From assembly GCA_051382305.1 (NCBI GenBank), contig JBBCAV010000194.1:1-11836 (forward strand): DNA of 11,836 nt, given 5' to 3'. Below are positions 1-4,984 of the stretch, piece after piece. Made by a program: the position numbers and the translations under genes. A model generated the notes under the pieces. It saw only the letters and a list, made by a program, of their open reading frames with translations. It had not been told where the DNA came from and searched no databases. This DNA is from Bdellovibrionota bacterium FG-2. Its GTDB lineage: Bacteria > Bdellovibrionota > UBA1018. Each line of letters opens with the position of its first letter. The stretch's first letter is position 1.

Positions 1-48
1 ACCCCATTGTGACACGAGGATGGTCTTCGTGCTGCAGTGGGGTTTTTT
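1..48 (+). terminator. Probable Rho-independent terminator (long hairpin followed by U-tract)
   Basis: Bases 1-20 (ACCCCATTGTGACACGAGGA) pair with 24-43 (TCTTCGTGCTGCAGTGGGGT): 20-position stem, 4 G.U pairs, 1 mismatch, 3-nt loop, then T6 at 43-48. The G.U pairs only form on the + strand RNA. The gene it terminates lies outside the window. Confidence 0.65.
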
Positions 49-76
49 GCGACTATGCTACGCGGCTAAGTCCTGG

Positions 77-127
77 GTGGGTCCCTTTAACTGAGCGCAA
101 GTGGGTCCTTTTTGGTGAGCGGCGCCG
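77..127. mobile_element. Possible IS21-family terminal region (tandem subterminal repeats)
   Basis: Direct repeat with 24-bp period: GTGGGTCCCTTTAACTGAGCG (77-97) and GTGGGTCCTTTTTGGTGAGCG (101-121), 17/21 identical. Tandem transposase-binding repeats just inside the end are typical of IS21-family ends. The expected terminal CA reads CG here and no transposase is in the window. Confidence 0.4.
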
Positions 128-225
128 TTCTGATCGTTTCCACAACTACTACCCCTTTCAGGACCGCTCACCAAACCATGATTTTTATAGCATAGCAAGC
201 TGTCCAGTTTTAGGGGTCCACTATA
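128..225 (+). mobile_element. Possible IS3-family right-end remnant (terminal inverted repeat plus decayed transposase tail)
   Basis: 200-225 CTGTCCAGTTTTAGGGGTCCACTATA (reverse complement TATAGTGGACCCCTAAAACTGGACAG) resembles IS3-family terminal IRs. The preceding frame FHNYYPFQDRSPNHDFYSIAS loosely recalls the IS3 transposase C-terminal FYNxxRPHxxLxxxTP motif. No partner IR in the window. Confidence 0.45.
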
Positions 226-279
226 GAGGGCACCAAATTCGACATATTCATTCCGAAACATGAATAAAGAATTTATAGC

Positions 280-711
280 CTATAACTTCAAAAGCGCATC
301 TCGATGACGCAACTCCTGAGCCGAGAGCCCCGCCACCGCCGTGGATATTTTGTCATAGGATAGCGCCTGGGCTTTGGCGAACTCCGATAGTGCAGAATAA
401 ATCTGGGAAACGCCCTCCTCGACTTTTGCAAGCTCTGCCGTCAGATCATGGTCATCAAGACCCGGGCGAATTTTAGAAATCAAAATCTCTTTTAAATTCT
501 TATGAACTCCCAAAATAGCTTGAGAGTTCAACGTCCTTTCTTGAAGCAGATCAGCCATCTTTTGAATCGCAGCGGCGTGCCCTTCGGTCTCTAGGCGAAG
601 CCTCTCGAAGATCTCGGTCGACGTCAGTGTATGTTGCTTTAGCGCGAGCGTGCGATAGCATTCAGCTAAGTCATTTTCCAAAAATACGATCAAATCGAGA
701 ATGGGTTTCAT
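280..711 (-). CDS. Ferritin-like (rubrerythrin-like four-helix bundle) protein, 143 aa
   Basis: ATG at 711 preceded by GGAGG RBS (minus strand CGGAGGATTTATG). Two-fold pattern E-x6-Y ... xxxH: FLENDLAECY ... LETEGH and KVEEGVSQIY ... QELRH. The track's start at 1020 is rejected because it overlaps the porin gene and the operator. Confidence 0.75.
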   Translation of the reverse strand: MKPILDLIVFLENDLAECYRTLALKQHTLTSTEIFERLRLETEGHAAAIQKMADLLQERTLNSQAILGVHKNLKEILISKIRPGLDDHDLTAELAKVEEGVSQIYSALSEFAKAQALSYDKISTAVAGLSAQELRHRDALLKL

Positions 712-849
712 AAATCCTCCGAAGGAAGCTCCCAAATCGTAGTTGAATAGGAATCTAAGTTGCAAACGATAAGGCCTAGGCCCCCAGGGTTTACGTATTT
801 TCTCCCATTTTCGCACCGGCCAGCAAAAAAAGATTTGACTTCGACCCCC

Positions 850-878
850 TTGATAATGATAAGCGTTATCATTATCAA
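850..878. promoter_or_regulatory. Fur-type operator (two overlapping Fur boxes; perfect 13-3-13 inverted repeat)
   Basis: TTGATAATGATAA-GCG-TTATCATTATCAA. 852-870 GATAATGATAAGCGTTATC matches the classical Fur consensus GATAATGATAATCATTATC at 17/19; a second box offset by 6 bp lies at 858-876. Sits in the divergent intergenic region 47 bp before the porin start. A TTGACT (-35-like) hexamer is at 835-840. Confidence 0.9.
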
Positions 879-925
879 CAACAGAGCAACAGCCCCTGAT
901 ACCGCCCCTAAACAGAAAGGATCCA

Positions 926-2047
926 ATGGCCAACCTTAAGCTTCTCTCATCAAGCTGTCTCCTCATCATATCGATGCATGCACTCACTAATGCGAGCGCC
1001 GATGCAACAGTGGAGACCACTACTGCGAGTGATAAACTCTACGCTTTGAGCCTCTCGTATGTCTCCGAAACCAGTGGCGCGCTCCAAGGAGGGCTGGAAC
1101 GCAAAATAAACCTCACGGGAAACCTACTCATTGATGCTCGCTTTGATCTTGGTGCTATCACCCACTTAAGCGGCTTGAGCCTCTACGCCCAAGGCATTGG
1201 CATTCACGGAGATTCTTTGAGCAAATCCGTGGGAGATGTTCAGGTGTCCAGCAATATCGATGCGCCAAAAGCCGCACGAATTTACCAGGCTTGGTTACAA
1301 AAAGAATTTGCTGGGGGGGCCGTCTCACTTCTCGCCGGCATCCACGACCTGAACTCAGAATTCTATTCAACAGAAGCATCAAGAATATTCTTAAACAGCT
1401 CCTTTGGTGTTGGCTCTGATCTATCGCACACAGGAGCTAACGGACCTTCGATTTTTCCAGAACCCGGAATGGCCATTCGCGCGAAAATTCGCCCCATCAA
1501 TGATTGGGAAATCTCCACCGCGATGTATGACGGCAATCCTGGCAGCTCCCCTTGGACTTCTGAAGATGGTGGCTTGGGAATCCTCGAGCTCGCTCACTCT
1601 CAAAAAATCAATGACCGCGACGGTCGTTACGCAATCGCTGCCTGGGGCTATAGCGCACAAAAGCAGACTCGCGGAGCCTATTTTCTGGCCAATCAGAAGA
1701 TTTACTCCCCCACTTCGAACGACCCACGAGGCTTGAGCGCCTTTGTCAGGACAGGACTTAGTGATCGTGGATCCGTTTCCAGCTCTTGGTCTTCAGGGGT
1801 GAACTACACGGGCGCCATTCGGACGCGCGATGAAGATCAGATGGGTTTTGCGATTACGCAAGCCAAGGGCATTGGCGAAGAAGGCGAGGAGTTGGCGCGC
1901 GAAACGGTCCTCGAATTCACTTATCTCGGGAAAATCAAACCCTGGTTTAGCGTACAACCCGATTTCCAATGGATCCTCAATCCGGGAATGGATTCAACAG
2001 CTGTGCCTGCACTCGTCGGAGCCGTCCGCTTGCAGGTGGTGTTCTAA
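926..2047 (+). CDS. OprB-family (carbohydrate-selective porin family) outer-membrane porin, 373 aa
   Basis: AAAGGA RBS; N-terminal signal peptide (..LTNASA); OprB-type motifs GDVQVSSNID, DLNSEF, FLNSSFG, GPSIFP, VQPDFQWILNPG; alternating beta-strand pattern and C-terminal Phe (RLQVVF) typical of BAM substrates. Confidence 0.88.
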   Translation: MANLKLLSSSCLLIISMHALTNASADATVETTTASDKLYALSLSYVSETSGALQGGLERKINLTGNLLIDARFDLGAITHLSGLSLYAQGIGIHGDSLSKSVGDVQVSSNIDAPKAARIYQAWLQKEFAGGAVSLLAGIHDLNSEFYSTEASRIFLNSSFGVGSDLSHTGANGPSIFPEPGMAIRAKIRPINDWEISTAMYDGNPGSSPWTSEDGGLGILELAHSQKINDRDGRYAIAAWGYSAQKQTRGAYFLANQKIYSPTSNDPRGLSAFVRTGLSDRGSVSSSWSSGVNYTGAIRTRDEDQMGFAITQAKGIGEEGEELARETVLEFTYLGKIKPWFSVQPDFQWILNPGMDSTAVPALVGAVRLQVVF

Positions 2048-2415
2048 TGATGAAACAATTCAAATTTCGATCAATTACCCTGTGTTTTGCTATTTTATCT
2101 GCCGTTTGTCTTGACCCAACCCGGGGTTCCGCAAACGAACTTCATATTGTGGGTTTGGATAAAAACAACCAAACAACCAGTGTGAGCGTGCCGGAAACGG
2201 TTTATCGTGAAGCACTCAAACAAGTGATTGGTTCCGTGCATGGATCAGCGCTCAAATCCTTGAGCGCTAAATCCTCTGGCGATTGGATGTTAAGAACTGT
2301 GGGGGTTGGGATCACAGTGACCCTCGCGGCAGGCTTGGGAGAGATCGCAAGCGTGAGTGCGCAAAAGACGATTCGCTTGATCTACTCAAACAGCTGTAGC
2401 CCGATTTTGCCTTAG
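2047..2415 (+). CDS. Hypothetical exported protein, 122 aa, one helix/beta-hairpin module
   Basis: ATG overlaps the porin stop (TAATG, 2045-2049), implying translational coupling; alternative ATG at 2050. Basic N-terminus plus hydrophobic stretch (MMKQFKFRSITLCFAILSAVC..GSA) looks like a Sec signal. C-terminal half is similar to the modules in the next two genes. Confidence 0.75.
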   Translation: MMKQFKFRSITLCFAILSAVCLDPTRGSANELHIVGLDKNNQTTSVSVPETVYREALKQVIGSVHGSALKSLSAKSSGDWMLRTVGVGITVTLAAGLGEIASVSAQKTIRLIYSNSCSPILP

Positions 2416-2438
2416 CCTTTTTTATTAAGGAGTTGCCC

Positions 2439-3842
2439 ATGAAAACCAGAAATCTATTGATCGTACTCACACTCGTGTCTACAGGCCTTGGCGGATGCCG
2501 CCCTTCAAAGCCCTCCTCTGTGATTCCATCGGATTGGTACAACTTACCCAACACCGAGAACTCAGAGACACCCTCAGCTGCAAGCAAAGGCCTCACAAAT
2601 AACCTCAAAGAGAATTTTGATCTACATGCACAGATTCTTGCTGAAGCCACTCAAGACGGCGCCGCAGCCGCCTCTTCTGTTGAAGATCAGGTCCCATGGC
2701 ATTTAAGTGCCGTGCAAATGAGACTAGGCCTTACTGCGGATGGACTTTTGGGTCCTTTGCTTTTCGCCGGAACGGCTGCCGTACAAACCGTTTGGATGCC
2801 TACCCAAGGGGAAGGCAAAATCAACTCGACGGACTCAAACCTCACCCTCAAGGGAAACCCACGCTCTGCTAATCTGGATCGCCAATTAGAGCCCATGATT
2901 CAAAGTGCCCTGTCCTCGAAACTCATCCGAAATGAAACAAAATTCAGAAAAAACGTCCTTCGCATTGGCGAGCGCTTCAAAGCCGTCGCGGCCCGACTTT
3001 ATGATCTTCATAGCGTAAAATCAAAGTGGGTCGCCCAGAAGTTCAGGCTCAAAATGGGTTTTGACGCCTCTGGCGATGTTCTCCCTTTTGGAGCCTTGGG
3101 AGCCACGATCAGCTTAAGATTTGACTGGGATAAGGCCTCTACGGATACCGATCCAGCAGTTCAAGTTCCGGCCCCGTCTTTGGATCCACTGAGTGAAAAT
3201 CTCGGACAGTTCGTCACTGCCGTGGCCCACGATCTCAATGCGATTCAACCCGCCATCGATGAAGTTCAAACCAGCGGATTCAGTCTCGGAGGGATACGCA
3301 TTGGACTCGCCATCACCGGCAGTGGAGAAGTCGGTATTGCCAAAGCGCTCACTTCGGTTGCGGGCAGCATTGAATTTGAGCGCACCAATTCACTGCAGGC
3401 TTTCGCCATCAACCTAAACTCCTCGCTGCCAAAATTTAATCCTATTATGCCGAATTTTATAAAAGCACAGACTGTTTCTGCCGACAACTCAGACAAGGAT
3501 GACAATGCCCCGATTCTGATGATTGACGATGCTCCGGCGGCTCACACTTTCGATACGGCAAGGCGATTAGGAATCCAATTCAACGTCATCGCCTCAAACT
3601 CTCAAACGACTCCTGATAAAGTTGTTTACAAGATTGACCGCTCGCGTCTCCGAAAGGGCTTGAGCAAAGCCGTTCGAATCGGCGCATTCTTTGCTAAAAG
3701 TGCGGCTCAGGCCAAAGTGGGAAAATGGAAAATATCAGAAATTTCTACTGAATACGACGCCTCCATTTCTGGTGCCCTGGGACTCGTCACGGCAAGCGGA
3801 CAAGGCATTGTCGAGCTTGTTTTTTCGAATAATAGCTTCTAA
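2439..3842 (+). CDS. Hypothetical lipoprotein, 467 aa, four internal helix/beta-hairpin modules
   Basis: AAGGAG RBS at 2427-2432 with ATG at 2439; signal MKTRNLLIVLTLVSTGLGG-C with lipobox-like LGGC followed by a Pro/Ser-rich tether; long open frame; four-fold internal repetition. Confidence 0.85.
   Translation: MKTRNLLIVLTLVSTGLGGCRPSKPSSVIPSDWYNLPNTENSETPSAASKGLTNNLKENFDLHAQILAEATQDGAAAASSVEDQVPWHLSAVQMRLGLTADGLLGPLLFAGTAAVQTVWMPTQGEGKINSTDSNLTLKGNPRSANLDRQLEPMIQSALSSKLIRNETKFRKNVLRIGERFKAVAARLYDLHSVKSKWVAQKFRLKMGFDASGDVLPFGALGATISLRFDWDKASTDTDPAVQVPAPSLDPLSENLGQFVTAVAHDLNAIQPAIDEVQTSGFSLGGIRIGLAITGSGEVGIAKALTSVAGSIEFERTNSLQAFAINLNSSLPKFNPIMPNFIKAQTVSADNSDKDDNAPILMIDDAPAAHTFDTARRLGIQFNVIASNSQTTPDKVVYKIDRSRLRKGLSKAVRIGAFFAKSAAQAKVGKWKISEISTEYDASISGALGLVTASGQGIVELVFSNNSF
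2589..3830 (+). repeat. Four diverged protein-level repeats (amphipathic helix plus aromatic-bounded beta-hairpin) in the lipoprotein
   Basis: Approximate spans 2589-2798, 2940-3134, 3186-3383, 3642-3830. Hairpins: WHLSAVQMRLGLTADGLLGPLLFAGTAAVQTVW; WVAQKFRLKMGFDASGDVLPFGALGATISLRFDW; FSLGGIRIGLAITGSGEVGIAKALTSVAGSIEF; WKISEISTEYDASISGALGLVTASGQGIVELVF. Each is 33-34 aa with Gly at position 16. Confidence 0.7.
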
Positions 3843-3862
3843 TTGAGAAAGGAAATTTATCG

Positions 3863-4141
3863 ATGCGCACTCCAATGATTCTCATTCTTTTTTCACTTTT
3901 GACTCCTGCCCTCTCGCAAGCAGAGAGCCTCCCAGATTTAAGCAGCCACTTTAACGAGATAATCGAGAATGCCGATCATGCGTTTTCGACCCAGAGTTCC
4001 TCCCAGCAGGCTTGTGATTGGGAATTCAAAGCGTTCTATCTGAATATCGCCCCCCACATCTCCTTTGGAATCTCAGGGGTTTTGGATCTTACAATTTCCC
4101 CAGATATTGTGCTGATTTGGGAGAAAGTTGGACCGCATTAG
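3863..4141 (+). CDS. Hypothetical exported protein, 92 aa, one helix/beta-hairpin module
   Basis: AAAGGA RBS; signal peptide MRTPMILILFSLLTPALSQA; the mature part is essentially one module (helix DLSSHFNEIIENADHAF, hairpin WEFKAFYLNIAPHISFGISGVLDLTISPDIVLIW). Confidence 0.8.
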   Translation: MRTPMILILFSLLTPALSQAESLPDLSSHFNEIIENADHAFSTQSSSQQACDWEFKAFYLNIAPHISFGISGVLDLTISPDIVLIWEKVGPH

Positions 4142-4164
4142 CGAAGCAATACGAGGGCTAAACC

Positions 4165-4189
4165 AATTATGATACCGGTTCTCATTATC
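4165..4189. promoter_or_regulatory. Second Fur-type operator
   Basis: AATTATGATACCGGTTCTCATTATC is 19/25 identical to 852-876. 4171-4189 matches the Fur consensus at 14/19; 7-1-7 core TGATACCGGTTCTCA. Intergenic, upstream of the dtxR-feoA/feoB genes. Confidence 0.7.
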
Positions 4190-4190
4190 C

Positions 4191-4219
4191 TTGTCTTCTG
4201 GCGACGATTCCGCTACAAT
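4191..4219 (+). promoter_or_regulatory. Sigma70-type promoter for the dtxR-feoA/feoB unit
   Basis: TTGTCT (4191-4196), 17-bp spacer, TACAAT (4214-4219); GGAGG RBS at 4234-4238 before ATG 4250. Confidence 0.7.
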
Positions 4220-4249
4220 TAACTCAACAATTCGGAGGTCCTATTTCCC

Positions 4250-4951
4250 ATGAATGCCACCCAAAATACCGAAACCCCCACATTACCAAGCGCGCTCGAA
4301 GATACGCTTGAAACCCTCTTCCTGCTTTTGCGCGACGGCAAAGCGGCAAGCATCAAAGACATTGCTCGCGCGCGCGAAACGAACTTAAAAGACGTTTCGG
4401 CTGCTTTGGCCCAGCTCAAGGACCTAGGCCTAATTCAAGTCACACCGGCAGACACGCTAGCCCTCACTGCTGAGGGAGAAAGAACCGCGATCCGAACCTT
4501 CTCGCGCCACCGATTGCTTTTGAGACTTTTTGAGGAAATCTTGGCGATGCCCCCTGCGATCGCTGAAGCCAATGCCTGTGCCATGGAGCACTCACTTAAC
4601 GCCGAAGGGATGGATCACGTGGAAAAATTTATTGAGTTCGTTCGAAACACTCCTGAAGGGAGCAAGATTGCCGGAGACTTTCGCAAATTCGTAGACTCCA
4701 AACAAACAAGCAATGATCTAACGGTTGCGGATCTGAAGGCCGGACAACGTGCGATCGTAAAAGAAGTTCGCGGCCGCGGCGCAATCAGACAACGGCTCCT
4801 GGATATGGGCATTATGCCTGACACCCTTATCAAGGTAGAGCGAAGAGCTCCGGCTGGCGATCCAATCTGGGTTAGACTTCAAGGCGGTCAGATCTCGTTA
4901 CGTCGCAAAGAATCCGACGCCATCATAGTGACCCACGAAAAACTGCAATAG
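4250..4951 (+). CDS. DtxR/MntR-family metalloregulator fused to a C-terminal FeoA domain, 233 aa
   Basis: N-terminal LEDTLE..IKDIA..L..LGLI..LTAEG winged helix; metal-binding/dimerisation motifs RHRLL and ACAMEH; C-terminal FeoA signature DLKAGQ..RQRLLDMGI.P..APAGDPI.V..ISLRRKES. Directly upstream of feoB. Confidence 0.9.
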   Translation: MNATQNTETPTLPSALEDTLETLFLLLRDGKAASIKDIARARETNLKDVSAALAQLKDLGLIQVTPADTLALTAEGERTAIRTFSRHRLLLRLFEEILAMPPAIAEANACAMEHSLNAEGMDHVEKFIEFVRNTPEGSKIAGDFRKFVDSKQTSNDLTVADLKAGQRAIVKEVRGRGAIRQRLLDMGIMPDTLIKVERRAPAGDPIWVRLQGGQISLRRKESDAIIVTHEKLQ

Positions 4952-4984
4952 AAAAAGAAAATAAAAAACGGAAAGAAGTCGAAC

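Noticed and set aside
77-121. 24-bp-period direct repeat as a CRISPR array
   Set aside because: Only two imperfect, near-adjacent copies with no spacers and no cas genes.
9-263. ORFs 9..263 (+) and 58..261 (-)
   Set aside because: Short, no RBS or recognisable domain, and they span a terminator and IS-like ends.
773-782. GGCCTAGGCC palindrome (and a similar CCTAGGCCTAA near 4424-4434) as a DtxR/MntR operator
   Set aside because: Too short, and spacing does not fit the TTAGG-N9-CCTAA type consensus; the second lies within coding sequence.
708-926. 72-aa minus-strand ORF with a hydrophobic stretch (LLLIMITLIII)
   Set aside because: The hydrophobic run is simply the translation of the AT-rich Fur palindrome; it occupies the divergent promoter region.
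712-1020. 103-aa N-terminal extension of the ferritin-like ORF in the track (280..1020)
   Set aside because: It runs through the Fur operator and overlaps the porin gene; a strong GGAGG RBS supports ATG 711.
1969-2046. Upstream starts given by the track for several genes (1969, 2433, 7060, 7290, 11401)
   Set aside because: Downstream ATGs at 2047, 2439, 7150, 7344 and 11380 have stop/start overlaps or RBSs and give proper N-termini.
3871-3889. Third Fur-like sequence TCCAATGATTCTCATTCTT
   Set aside because: Only 12/19 to consensus and inside a signal-peptide coding region (MILIL), which explains the composition.
2047-4141. Reading the Trypco/Pepco-like modules as an anti-phage defence system
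   Set aside because: No protease, NTPase or other effector gene nearby; all three proteins have export signals and sit under a Fur-type operator.
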